DNA of 64,000 nucleotides, taken from NCBI GenBank assembly GCA_943788915.1, contig CALSSD010000010.1, positions 372,001 through 436,000 of the forward strand. The letters run 5' to 3'. The notes below the pieces were generated by a model, which did not search any database, had not been told where the DNA came from, and worked only from the letters and a program-made list of their open reading frames with translations. Below are positions 39,855 to 49,572 of this stretch, in pieces (the stretch's first letter is position 1; every line of letters starts with the position of its first letter). The position numbers and the translations under genes are program-made. Origin of the DNA: an uncultured Acidimicrobiales bacterium (lineage in GTDB: Bacteria > Actinomycetota > Acidimicrobiia > Acidimicrobiales > UBA10347).

Positions 39855-42800
39855 ATGGGCTGGCGTAATCCGCCGGTTCCCTGGCATGAACTTGAACGAC
39901 AACTGTCCGGCCGTTCAGCACGCGCTCCTTCGGGAAAACCCGACGCATGGGCCCCGGGTGATGGCAGCGACTCGCCAGCATGGTCTCGCAAACGCAACGA
40001 ATACGAACCTCCGTCGATCGAGCCCACAGCCAGCGCTGTGCCGTATGCCGAGTTGCACTGTCACTCGAACTTCAGCTTCTCCGAAGGTGCGTCAGACCCC
40101 GAAGAACTGGTGCAAGAAGCCATCAGACTGGGCCTGGAGTCCGTAGCCATCACCGACCGCAACGGTTTCTACGGCATCGTGCGGTTCGCCGAAGCGGCAA
40201 GGGCCCATGGCCTACCCACGGTGTTTGGTGTCGAACTCACCTTGTTCGACCATCGGGGCCCAGGCCGCGGCCCATCTGAACTTGTGGTGCTGGCTCGGGG
40301 TCCGCATGGGTATGCCCAACTAGCTCGGGCGATCAGCCACGCCCAACTAGCTGGTTCCAAAGGCGACCCCCGCATCACGGTGGCTACACTTGGCGAACTT
40401 GCTCGGGCTACGACTCCGGCGCCATGGGTGATCTTGACCGGGACAGCTGGGGGATCGGTGCCGCAAGCCTTGGTCGAGGAAGGGCCAGCTGCAGCGCGAC
40501 GCGAACTCGAACAGCTGGTGGGCGCCTTCGGGCGCGACCATGTGCTGGTCGAGATCTGGGACCACGGACATCCGCTGGATTCGGCTCGCAACGACGAATT
40601 GGTCAAGGTCGCTGCCATGGCAGGTGTCCAGGTCGTTGCCACGAACGGAGTGCAGTATCACTCGCCGAAACGACGCCAGCTCGCCACTGCTCTTGCCGCA
40701 GTAGCTGAACGAGCCAGCATGGATGCCATCGATGCACACCTGCCTGCAGCTGGAGCGGCCCATCTGCGATCCGGCACAGAACAAGCGCATTGGTTTCGTC
40801 GTTACCCTGGGGTTGTCGAACGTAGCGTCGAGATTGCTCGGGCTTGTGCTTTTGACCTGGCCTTGGTGGCACCACAGCTCCCGCCATTCCCTTGTCCTCA
40901 GGGCTTCGACGAGATGAGTTGGCTGCGCGAGCTCACCGAACGCCATGCCATCCGTTGGTACGGCACCCGCCACGACGAACGAACACCGGGCGCCTGGCAG
41001 CAGATCGATCATGAACTCGCCACTATCGAAAAGCTGGGTTTCCCGGGGTATTTCCTGGTCGTCTATGACATCGTCGAGTTCTGCCGCCGCAACGACATCT
41101 ACTGCCAAGGGCGAGGTTCAGCAGCGAACTCGGCAGTGTGTTTCGCGCTCGGCATAACCAAGGCCGATGCGGTCTCGTTGGGTTTGTTGTTCGAGCGTTT
41201 CTTGTCACCAGAACGCGATGGGCCACCCGACATTGACATCGATATCGAGAGCGGCCGCCGCGAAGAGGTCATCCAATACGTCTATGAGCGATATGGGCGC
41301 CATCATGCTGCCCAGGTCGCAAATGTGATCACGTATCGGGCTCGTTCGTCGGTGCGCGACATGGCTCGAGCACTGGGGTATGCCCCTGGCCAACAAGATG
41401 CGTTCGCCAAGAACCTGAGCCGCTGGGGCGGGCTCGCAGACCAAGACGCAACATCACCAGGGTCTCAGGGGTCTGGAACTCAGGGGTCTGGAACTCAGGA
41501 GCCTGAACAACAGGGAGACTCGGCCATCCCCGCAGATGTCATTGCGCTAGCCGCCGAACTCGAAAATTCTCCTCGGCACCTAGGTATCCACTCGGGTGGC
41601 ATGGTGATTTGTGATCGCCCAATCATCGAGGTCTGTCCGGTTGAATGGGCTCGGATGGCCGATCGCAGTGTGTTGCAGTGGGACAAGGAAGACTGTGCAG
41701 CAGTTGGTCTGGTCAAGTTTGATCTCTTGGGCCTGGGTATGTTGAGTGCGCTTCACCTGGCGGTCGACCTGATCGCTGATTGTTACGGCATCGACATCGA
41801 TCTTGCGGCTATTCCACAAGAAGACTGTGTTTATGACATGTTGTGCAAGGCCGACTCGATTGGAGTGTTTCAAGTCGAGAGCCGAGCCCAGATGGCGACT
41901 TTGCCTCGGCTCAAGCCCCGCACGTTTTATGACCTGGTCGTCGAGGTCGCACTCATCCGTCCCGGCCCGATCCAGGGCGGTTCAGTCCACCCGTACATCA
42001 GACGCCGCAACGGACGTGAAGAAGTCACGTATCTACACCCATTGCTCGAGAACGCGTTAGCCAAGACACTTGGCATTCCGTTGTTCCAGGAACAACTCAT
42101 GCAGATGGCGATCGATGTCGCTGGGTTTACTGCGGCCGAAGCCGACGAGCTGCGCCAGGCAATGGGGTCCAAACGCAGCCAGGCCCGTATGGAACGGCTG
42201 CGAGAGCGGTTCTACGACGGCATGGGTGAACGAGGCATCGTGGGCGAAACTGCGGATCTGATCTGGGAGAAACTGGCAGCGTTCGCGAACTTCGGGTTCC
42301 CCGAGAGTCATTCGGTCAGCTTTGCCTATCTGGTCTATTCGAGTTCCTGGATTAAGTATCACTATCCCGCAGCCTTCTGTGCATCGCTGCTGAATGCCCA
42401 GCCCATGGGTTTCTACAGTCCTCACACACTGGTTCAAGACGCCCGACGCCATGGGGTGAAGGTGTACCGGCCGTGTATTAATGACAGTGCAGCCGGGGCC
42501 ACGGTCGAAGGCGCTGCAGACGAATCGGTCATGCGTATGGGCATCTCATCGGTGCGCCATGTGGGCGATGACTTAGCCGAGGCCATCGTGGCAGAGCGTC
42601 AGCAGAATGGTTTGTTTCTCAGCATCGAAGACGTGCGGCATCGCACCGGAGCGGATCGTCGAGTGCTCGAAGCCTTGGCCACAGCCGGTGCATTCGACCG
42701 CATCCTCGAACAGGGCGATAGTTCGAGTGTCACCGACCGTCGTCAAGCCTTGTGGACTGCAGGGGCGGTGGCCGCTACCGGGCCGGGGCAGCTGCCAGGC

Positions 42801-43247
42801 ATCGTGACCGGGGTTCAAGCTCCGCAACTACCAGGTATGTCTGATCGTGAGTTGGCGCAGGCCGACATGTGGGCGACCGGCGTCGCGGCCGAGGGCCACC
42901 CCACGCGGTTCATCCGTGACCGGCTGAGCGATGAGGGTGTGATCACTGCCAGCGAACTGGCCACACATCCGCATGGCAAGGTGATGATTGCTGGTGTGGT
43001 GACCCATCGCCAGCGCCCGGCAACAGCTTCAGGTACCACGTTTCTCAACATCGAAGACGAGACTGGGCTTATTAATGTCATCGTGTCTAAAGGTTGTTGG
43101 ATCCGACACCGGATGATTGTCGGCACGGCTCCTGCTCTTTATGTGAGAGGGCGACTCGAACGCAGCGAAGGGGTCGTAAACGTTATTGCCGAACGTGTTG
43201 AGGCGTTGTCCCTGCAAGTGCAGTCGAAAAGTCGGGATTTTCGGTAA
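39855..43247 (+). CDS. dnaE2: Error-prone DNA polymerase DnaE2 (ImuC)
   Basis: MGWRNPP N-terminal extension, YAELHCHSNFS, GRGSAANSAVC, PPDIDID, FGFPESH, C-terminal SRDFR. Confidence 0.97.
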   Translation: MGWRNPPVPWHELERQLSGRSARAPSGKPDAWAPGDGSDSPAWSRKRNEYEPPSIEPTASAVPYAELHCHSNFSFSEGASDPEELVQEAIRLGLESVAITDRNGFYGIVRFAEAARAHGLPTVFGVELTLFDHRGPGRGPSELVVLARGPHGYAQLARAISHAQLAGSKGDPRITVATLGELARATTPAPWVILTGTAGGSVPQALVEEGPAAARRELEQLVGAFGRDHVLVEIWDHGHPLDSARNDELVKVAAMAGVQVVATNGVQYHSPKRRQLATALAAVAERASMDAIDAHLPAAGAAHLRSGTEQAHWFRRYPGVVERSVEIARACAFDLALVAPQLPPFPCPQGFDEMSWLRELTERHAIRWYGTRHDERTPGAWQQIDHELATIEKLGFPGYFLVVYDIVEFCRRNDIYCQGRGSAANSAVCFALGITKADAVSLGLLFERFLSPERDGPPDIDIDIESGRREEVIQYVYERYGRHHAAQVANVITYRARSSVRDMARALGYAPGQQDAFAKNLSRWGGLADQDATSPGSQGSGTQGSGTQEPEQQGDSAIPADVIALAAELENSPRHLGIHSGGMVICDRPIIEVCPVEWARMADRSVLQWDKEDCAAVGLVKFDLLGLGMLSALHLAVDLIADCYGIDIDLAAIPQEDCVYDMLCKADSIGVFQVESRAQMATLPRLKPRTFYDLVVEVALIRPGPIQGGSVHPYIRRRNGREEVTYLHPLLENALAKTLGIPLFQEQLMQMAIDVAGFTAAEADELRQAMGSKRSQARMERLRERFYDGMGERGIVGETADLIWEKLAAFANFGFPESHSVSFAYLVYSSSWIKYHYPAAFCASLLNAQPMGFYSPHTLVQDARRHGVKVYRPCINDSAAGATVEGAADESVMRMGISSVRHVGDDLAEAIVAERQQNGLFLSIEDVRHRTGADRRVLEALATAGAFDRILEQGDSSSVTDRRQALWTAGAVAATGPGQLPGIVTGVQAPQLPGMSDRELAQADMWATGVAAEGHPTRFIRDRLSDEGVITASELATHPHGKVMIAGVVTHRQRPATASGTTFLNIEDETGLINVIVSKGCWIRHRMIVGTAPALYVRGRLERSEGVVNVIAERVEALSLQVQSKSRDFR
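41457..41510 (+). repeat. 15-bp coding tandem repeat (GSQGSGTQGSGTQEPE) inside dnaE2
   Basis: caggggtctggaact repeated in frame. Confidence 0.75.
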
Positions 43248-44634
43248 GGCTTGGGGTTGTAAAATCGATGTGGCCGAAGTCGACATCGTCTGCCGGCGTT
43301 GGGGCATGGAAGTAGAAACCTTGCGCCATATCGCAGTTCAGCGCGTGTAAAACCTCAACCTGGAGTCGAGTTTCGACGCCTCCGGCCACCGTGGTCATAC
43401 CAAGCGTGTGCGCAAGGTCGATGATGGCTTTGGTGATGACCCGGTCATCGCGGTTATAGATCGACTGCACAAACGATTGGTCGATCTTCAAGATGTCAAC
43501 AGGAAGGCGTCGTAGATAACTGAGCGAGGAATACCCAGTGCCGAAGTTGTCGATTGCGAGTAGCAGGCCAAGGTCTTTTATGCGCCCCAGGATTGTCATT
43601 GAGGCGGCGACATCGCTCATTACGACCGACTCGCTGATCTCGAAGCAGAGCAGACGAGGGTCCAGACCATGTTCGTCTAGAAGGGAGCTGATGGCAGGAA
43701 TCAACTCGGGGTCAAGAAGTTGGCGGTTGGAGAGGTTGATGGTCATCAGCGTTTCTGATTCGCCGGCCTTGTTCCAGACGCTTGCCTGAGCAATAGCTGT
43801 TTGCAGGACAAGACGACCAAGTTCGCCGATCAAGCCGCTCTCTTCAGCAATCGGAATAAAGGTCGCTGGACTGATGGACCCCAACTTGTCATCGTTCCAT
43901 CGAGCCAGGGCCTCAACAGCTACGGTTTCGCCGGAGTGCAGACTGATGATTGGTTGGTAACTGACGCTAAGACGGTCATCTCGAAGAGCCGCATGCAACT
44001 GGCGTTCTGTCTCGTAACTCTCAATCGCTTGGTTCTGGACCGACCGATCGAAAGCTGTGAACTGTCCTCGCCAGGAGCGTTGGGCACTCAACGCCGCAGA
44101 GCGCGCCTGTTGCATCAACTTGAACGGGGTTAGATCAGCACAGTTCTCGCCAGTTGCCGACGTGATCCCGACGCTGACGGTGATGGGCAGTTGGCCGGTT
44201 GATGTCATGATTGGCTGATCGAACTGGCCGACGATGCGATTGGCGATTTCAGTGATGTCTGGGGCACCTGGTCCCGGCGCCCACAGAATGAAAAAGCCGT
44301 CATCAAGCCGAGCCATCTCGTCGTCGAGTCGGACCGTTTCGCTGATCCGGTCAGCAACGATTGAGAGCAATTCGTTGGCGATGTCGGCTCCATGGCATGC
44401 GGTAACTACATCGAAGTAGTCGATGCTTACCAACAAGATGCCGACCGATCCGGTCGGTGGCACCTCGGCCAAAGCTCGATCCACTGCGTGATGAAAGTGT
44501 GAGGGAACGCTGTGTGGGTGGCTTTCGGCGGGTAACTCCGGGCTGTGACGCTCTGTCCTGGATGCGCCTCGTTGGAGCGCGCCAGCACACCAGTCCAAGA
44601 GTTGTGATGATCCTGGTCGTGTTCCCGGCTTCAT
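43183..44634 (-). CDS. GGDEF-EAL tandem protein with degenerate motifs
   Basis: ARLDDGFF at the GGDEF site; YQPII...EALARW, FEISES, IDNFGTGYSSLSYL, KIDQSF, AGGVET, QGFYF; overlaps the dnaE2 3' end by 65 bp. Confidence 0.88.
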   Translation of the reverse strand: MKPGTRPGSSQLLDWCAGALQRGASRTERHSPELPAESHPHSVPSHFHHAVDRALAEVPPTGSVGILLVSIDYFDVVTACHGADIANELLSIVADRISETVRLDDEMARLDDGFFILWAPGPGAPDITEIANRIVGQFDQPIMTSTGQLPITVSVGITSATGENCADLTPFKLMQQARSAALSAQRSWRGQFTAFDRSVQNQAIESYETERQLHAALRDDRLSVSYQPIISLHSGETVAVEALARWNDDKLGSISPATFIPIAEESGLIGELGRLVLQTAIAQASVWNKAGESETLMTINLSNRQLLDPELIPAISSLLDEHGLDPRLLCFEISESVVMSDVAASMTILGRIKDLGLLLAIDNFGTGYSSLSYLRRLPVDILKIDQSFVQSIYNRDDRVITKAIIDLAHTLGMTTVAGGVETRLQVEVLHALNCDMAQGFYFHAPTPADDVDFGHIDFTTPSLTENPDFSTALAGTTPQHVRQ

Positions 44635-44760
44635 CCAAGCTGGATCGGTACATCAGCGCCGCGTTAAAGCCATTGGGCATCATTGTTTTGGTTTGGGGCC
44701 GAATGGACTAGGCCCTTTGGCCTACCCCGGCGGCTTCTACCCGCTACCGTCTCCCGCGTC

Positions 44761-46026
44761 ATGCCTGAGTTCCGTGCAGCTTCCAGGCCGTCCCCTCACA
44801 GATGGGCCTCTCGACTGAGGTGGTTTCGACGCGGCGTCATGCCATCGCTTGGCGACTTGGGGGAGCGGCTAGCTGCCTTACTCATGCTGGTAGTTGTGGC
44901 CTTGCTGGCTGGTTTGACACTTGGGCACAACACCGACCGGCTCCAAGAGTTGCCGGGTCTATTGCTGATGGTCCCGGCGGCCATCGCACTTCGGGGCAAT
45001 ATCTTTGGTGCGCTCGGGTCGCGTCTCGGCACTGCAATTCATGCCGGTACGTTCCGACTGTCGATGCGTTCGTCTTCGGTCGTGGGGGAAAACGTTCTGG
45101 CTTCGCTGGTGCTCACCTTGGCAACGTCTGTCGCCCTCGCGGTACTAGCCAAGGGTGCTGCGGTGGTGTTTGGCGTGGCAGGTTCCATTGCACTCGCGAA
45201 CTTCATCGTCATCAGCGTGGTGGGTGGTCTGTTGGCATCGGTCGCGGTCTTGGTTACCGCGTTGGGGCTGACCTCTGGTTCGGTTCGGTTTGGCTGGGAC
45301 CCTGACAACGTGACCGCACCACTCGTTACCGCAGTCGGTGATGTTGCAACGGTTCCCGCTCTGGTGCTGGCCTCAGCTCTTGTCGGCAAACAATGGCCAG
45401 TCCTGGCCGTCACGGCGATAGCTGTGGCAGCAATTCCGGTCGCAGTGTTTGCAGTTCTGCATGCTGGTCGCCCTGGCCTGAAGACCATTCTCCGCGAATC
45501 AATGCCGGTGCTGATGATCGGCATTCTGCTGGACCTGGTGGCGGGTGTGACCGTGGAACGCCAACTCGACTCTTTCACTCTGTTCCCAGCCTTGCTGGTG
45601 ATGTTGCCAGCGTTTCTCGCGGTTGCGGGAGCGCTAGGAGGCACGTTGTCCAGCCGTTTGGCGAGCCAGTTGCATCTCGGCACGATCTCTCCGAATCGAG
45701 TGCCTGAGGCCCGGGCCCGGGCCGACATTTTGGCGTCGGTCGGACTGGCTTTCCCCGTCTTTGCGACCTGCGGGTTATTGACGCACGCGTTTGCGCGAGC
45801 CTCAGACCTTCAGAGTCCTGGTGTGGGCTGGTTGGTTGCCGCGGCGCTGTTGGCTGGCATCGTGGCCACGTTCATGGCCTCGGCGGTTGCGTACTACAGC
45901 ACTATTGCGTCGGTCCGGATCGGTCTCGACCCTGATACGTATGGCATCCCCTTGGTCACCAGCACCATGGACCTACTCGGTGCCTTCACCTTGATCCTGG
46001 CCATCGAACTCCTTGCGTTCACCTGA
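44761..46026 (+). CDS. MgtE-like (SLC41-type) divalent cation transporter with two MgtE membrane repeats (start uncertain)
   Basis: LRGNIFGALGSRL / GALGGTLSSRL and GWDPDNVTAPLVT..GD / GLDPDTYGIPLVTS.MD; no CBS domains. Confidence 0.85.
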   Translation: MPEFRAASRPSPHRWASRLRWFRRGVMPSLGDLGERLAALLMLVVVALLAGLTLGHNTDRLQELPGLLLMVPAAIALRGNIFGALGSRLGTAIHAGTFRLSMRSSSVVGENVLASLVLTLATSVALAVLAKGAAVVFGVAGSIALANFIVISVVGGLLASVAVLVTALGLTSGSVRFGWDPDNVTAPLVTAVGDVATVPALVLASALVGKQWPVLAVTAIAVAAIPVAVFAVLHAGRPGLKTILRESMPVLMIGILLDLVAGVTVERQLDSFTLFPALLVMLPAFLAVAGALGGTLSSRLASQLHLGTISPNRVPEARARADILASVGLAFPVFATCGLLTHAFARASDLQSPGVGWLVAAALLAGIVATFMASAVAYYSTIASVRIGLDPDTYGIPLVTSTMDLLGAFTLILAIELLAFT

Positions 46027-46063
46027 ACCGAACCGGTTCAACGAACTATGTTGAAAGCACCTC

Positions 46064-47299
46064 ATGGATGACAGACCGAACAATTTGCGATCGATGTTGG
46101 CTGAGGCCAAAAACCTCAGTGAGCTCATGGTCGACCTTGCGTACGCGTCGGTGTATTTCGGTGATATCGAAATGGCAGCCGAAGTCATCGAGTTGGAAGA
46201 CCAGATGAACGATCTGGTGCACGACATGCGGCAACGGTGTGTTCTTGCTGTCCGAAAGCCTCGTGAGGCCGAAGGTATGTCGTCGGTTCTGCAGGTAGTG
46301 AGCGCGATCGAACGGATAGCGAACGATGCGGTCGCAATCTCGCGGATCGTGACCCACAAGCTCGGTATTCCTGCAGAACTCATCGCCGACCTGAGCGAGG
46401 CGGCCGAGGTTTCACACCGGGTCCTCGTGAGCGATGGTTCCCACATGGCCAATCGACCGGTTGCCGACTTCGAGCTACCGGTAGCTACTGGCATGAGGAT
46501 CTTTGCGATCCGGCGAGGCCGTCAATGGGTCACCAATGTCGACGGTGACTTCATCATGTTGTCCGGCGATGTCTTGTTTCTCCGTGGCTCGCCTGCAGGC
46601 ATCGTGCGACTTCGTGAGCTTGCAGGTGCACCGATATGGCAGCCTCCTCGCCAGCCTGAAGGTTCACGGGTGTCGGACCTGGATCGAGCCGTCGATGTGC
46701 TGGTCGAGATGAAGGATCTGAGCGAGGCAGCGGTCGGTCTGGCGTACTCTGCACTTGTGCTCGGCAATCGTGGTCTTGCGGCCGAAGTGCGTCAGCTCGA
46801 GAGCCGACTCGACGACATGAACGACCGTCTCGAAGTCTGGGTCTTGCGTGCGGCGAAGGAGGACCTTGATCCTTCGCCGCTACGAGGGCTGTTGCACTTG
46901 GGTAAGGCCGCCGAAGATCTCGGCAATCAGGCCAAACAGATGACCTGGGTAGTGGAGCAGGGCGAGTCGGTGCATCCGATCCTGGGGATAGCGCTTGGTG
47001 AAAGCGACGAGGTCGTGGTCGAGTTGCCGATTGCTCCGGGTTCACCAGCTGATGGCCGGACCCTAGCTGAGTTGCAGCTGAACCTCGAACCAGGCTTCAC
47101 CGTGCTGGCACTGCGGCGGGGGCAACGTTATATCTATCGCCCCCGTGGATTGCAGTCGCTCTTTGCCGGTGATGAGATCATTGCCAGTGGGCCCGACGAA
47201 GGACGCGAGCAGCTCGCAGTCCGTTTCGGGTGGCGGTTGCTTCGAGACAACGAGACCGGCGTAGACGAATTAGTTCCGGTGTCGTCAAAACCGACATAA
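46064..47299 (+). CDS. Duplicated PhoU + TrkA-C (RCK_C) domain protein
   Basis: EAKNLSELMVDLAYAS / EMKDLSEAAVGLAYSA, each followed by an AIRRG/ALRRG...GD RCK_C motif. Confidence 0.85.
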   Translation: MDDRPNNLRSMLAEAKNLSELMVDLAYASVYFGDIEMAAEVIELEDQMNDLVHDMRQRCVLAVRKPREAEGMSSVLQVVSAIERIANDAVAISRIVTHKLGIPAELIADLSEAAEVSHRVLVSDGSHMANRPVADFELPVATGMRIFAIRRGRQWVTNVDGDFIMLSGDVLFLRGSPAGIVRLRELAGAPIWQPPRQPEGSRVSDLDRAVDVLVEMKDLSEAAVGLAYSALVLGNRGLAAEVRQLESRLDDMNDRLEVWVLRAAKEDLDPSPLRGLLHLGKAAEDLGNQAKQMTWVVEQGESVHPILGIALGESDEVVVELPIAPGSPADGRTLAELQLNLEPGFTVLALRRGQRYIYRPRGLQSLFAGDEIIASGPDEGREQLAVRFGWRLLRDNETGVDELVPVSSKPT

Positions 47300-47368
47300 C
47301 TCAAACAGTGCAGAATTCGGCTGAACCAGGTCCTTAGCGCGCCGACAGAGCAGATAGCGTTCATACCA

Positions 47369-48235
47369 ATGATGGATCAGCTCCGAATGCTCTCGATTCA
47401 CGCTCACCCCGACGACGAGTCATCGAAGGGTGCAGCCACGACCGCCAAGTACACCGACAATGGTGTGCACGCGACACTGGTGTGCGCCACCGGCGGCGAG
47501 GAGGGCGACATCTTGAACGAAGCAGTGAACACACCCGAAGTCATTGCTGACCTCTTTAATGTCCGTATGGCCGAACTCAAGGCCGCCACCGACATCATTG
47601 GCTACGACGTCGTCGAGATGCTGGGTTACCGAGACTCGGGCATGAAGAACGGCGAGGCGAACAACCACCCCGACTGCTTCTGGGCTGCCCCGATCGAAGA
47701 GTCGGCCACCCGTTTCGCAGCGATGTTGCGTACCCACCGTCCTCATATCGTGATCAGCTACGGCGATCCCATGGGTGGGTATGACCATCCGGATCATGTT
47801 CGGGTGTGGGAGATCACTCAACCAGCGATCGATATGGCCGCCGACCCGGCCGCCGATCTCGACGGTGAGCCGTGGCAGGTGCTCAAGCTGTACAACTCCA
47901 TGTGGTCCAAGGAACGTATGGTGGCAACCCACGAAAAGTACGAAGAACTCGGCCTGAAGTCGCCGTTCGACGAACGTTGGCTCGGCCGGCCGGGCCATGA
48001 CCATCTGATCACTACCCGCATCGAAGCCGAAGCTTGGTACCAACGTCGCAACGATGCGTTGCTTGCCCACGCGACCCAGGTCGATCCAACCTCGCCATTC
48101 TGGTTCGGGTTGCCAGCCGATGTGATGGCGTCGTTGAACAAGGAAGAATGTTTCGAACGCGTGTGGTCCAAGGTCGACGCGCCGGTGCCCGAGACCGATC
48201 TGTTCGCAGGTATCGAGGTAGCAAACCATGGCTGA
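47369..48235 (+). CDS. mca: Mycothiol conjugate amidase
   Basis: HAHPDDESSKGAAT, TGGEEGDILN, LGYRDSG, GGYDHPDH, ALLAHATQVDP. Confidence 0.92.
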   Translation: MMDQLRMLSIHAHPDDESSKGAATTAKYTDNGVHATLVCATGGEEGDILNEAVNTPEVIADLFNVRMAELKAATDIIGYDVVEMLGYRDSGMKNGEANNHPDCFWAAPIEESATRFAAMLRTHRPHIVISYGDPMGGYDHPDHVRVWEITQPAIDMAADPAADLDGEPWQVLKLYNSMWSKERMVATHEKYEELGLKSPFDERWLGRPGHDHLITTRIEAEAWYQRRNDALLAHATQVDPTSPFWFGLPADVMASLNKEECFERVWSKVDAPVPETDLFAGIEVANHG

Positions 48236-48635
48236 TTTCTGGAGCGAGGAATGGTTCGCTGCGGTGAACAGCAGCGCTGATGTGCTGCCGTCGGTCGATG
48301 GCCTGTCGTTCAGTTTCGATGTCGAGGTCGCGGAGTCGGCCAATGGCAAGGTCCGGGCCCATGGCCAGGTGACCGACGGCCGCTTGAGCTCGTTTGTCTC
48401 GGGAAAGTTTGTTCCCGAAGTCAAGGGCGAGAAGGCCGATGTGTCATTCGTTGGCAAGGCAAAACGACTGATGCCGATCATCACTGGCGAACAGCCGGCA
48501 CTTGTTGCCTACATGCTCGGGGAACTCAAGGTCGAGGGCGAATACCAATTGGTGGTCGATGAACTTGTTAATCGAGGCGATGCCGTCGCGTTTGAAACGT
48601 TCCGTGCCGATGTCGCCTCCGCCACAAGCGTCTAA
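48228..48635 (+). CDS. SCP2 sterol-binding-domain-like protein
   Basis: FWSEEWF start and AYMLGELKVEG. Confidence 0.7.
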   Translation: MADFWSEEWFAAVNSSADVLPSVDGLSFSFDVEVAESANGKVRAHGQVTDGRLSSFVSGKFVPEVKGEKADVSFVGKAKRLMPIITGEQPALVAYMLGELKVEGEYQLVVDELVNRGDAVAFETFRADVASATSV

Positions 48636-48663
48636 GCCATGCCAAGAGAGCGGTCGCCGAGAG

Positions 48664-49497
48664 TCAGGCTCCGAGTGATCGTTGCAGGTTGCGAATAGCA
48701 ACCCAGCTAATCAGCTGCACGCCAGCGTCTTTGAGGAGTTGGCGATTCGCCGGGTCGATCAACACGGCATGATCGCCGATCCTCGCTTGGGTGTCGCCGA
48801 GGAGCGCGTGTAGTTCGGGCGTGTCAATAGCTGGCTGCATGCTGAGTTCGGTGACCCCAGGTTCGAGCGATGCAACGAAGTCCGTGAACGAAGCTTGGCG
48901 GTCATTGCCCTGCAGCGATGCTGTACGGTCCGGCGACAGAATGCCTTCTTCTTCGGCGAGTGACCGAAGCGGGAATCCAGCGTTGTCCTCGGTGGCTTGG
49001 TCTGCGAGCCGAATCGGTAGCGAGAACTCACACGCCAGGTCGATATAGATGTCGAATAGCTCCGGCCGCAACACCAGTGCGCTGAGATGACAGTCGAGGT
49101 GCGTGGGATCGAACCCCCACACGACTGAACGTTCGATCTGGGCTCGGCACTCGCGTCGTACCTCGTCGCTGTCTGCATGTTCCCAGAGGTCTTCTGCGGT
49201 CCGAGGGAAGCCGCCTTCGCCGCTGTGCAGCGTCGGGGCATGGGTAATGGAGTTCCATCGGTAACAACTGAAATCAGCGTTTAGGGTGATGTGCACGCCA
49301 ACATCAGCTCCTCGGTAGCCTCGAACCGCTTCTCGGGACCAAGGTGCGGGAACCATGAGCGATGCATTGGTAGCGATGCCCTGTCGCAGCGATTCGTAAC
49401 AGGCCACGTTTGCGGCGTGATACATGCCGAGATTGTCGCTGGTGATAATGAGGAGTCGGGCGTTCGCGTCGTGTCCCAGTCGCTCAGCAAGAGTCAT
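48664..49497 (-). CDS. ChbG/YdjC family deacetylase
   Basis: LIITSDNLGM.HAAN, ASLMVP, VGVHITL, ECRAQI, PTHLDCH. Confidence 0.88.
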   Translation of the reverse strand: MTLAERLGHDANARLLIITSDNLGMYHAANVACYESLRQGIATNASLMVPAPWSREAVRGYRGADVGVHITLNADFSCYRWNSITHAPTLHSGEGGFPRTAEDLWEHADSDEVRRECRAQIERSVVWGFDPTHLDCHLSALVLRPELFDIYIDLACEFSLPIRLADQATEDNAGFPLRSLAEEEGILSPDRTASLQGNDRQASFTDFVASLEPGVTELSMQPAIDTPELHALLGDTQARIGDHAVLIDPANRQLLKDAGVQLISWVAIRNLQRSLGA

Positions 49498-49572
49498 GTC
49501 CGTCAGGCTATCGGTGGCATCTTGTGTCGGGCCGACAACGTTCAGGGCCAGCTCCGGCCCCGCCCTGCGTCC

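Noticed and set aside
47420..48484. Long antisense ORFs (for example 47420-48484, 17229-18167, 61530-62411)
   Set aside because: They lie opposite well-supported genes; long stop-free antisense frames are expected at this GC content
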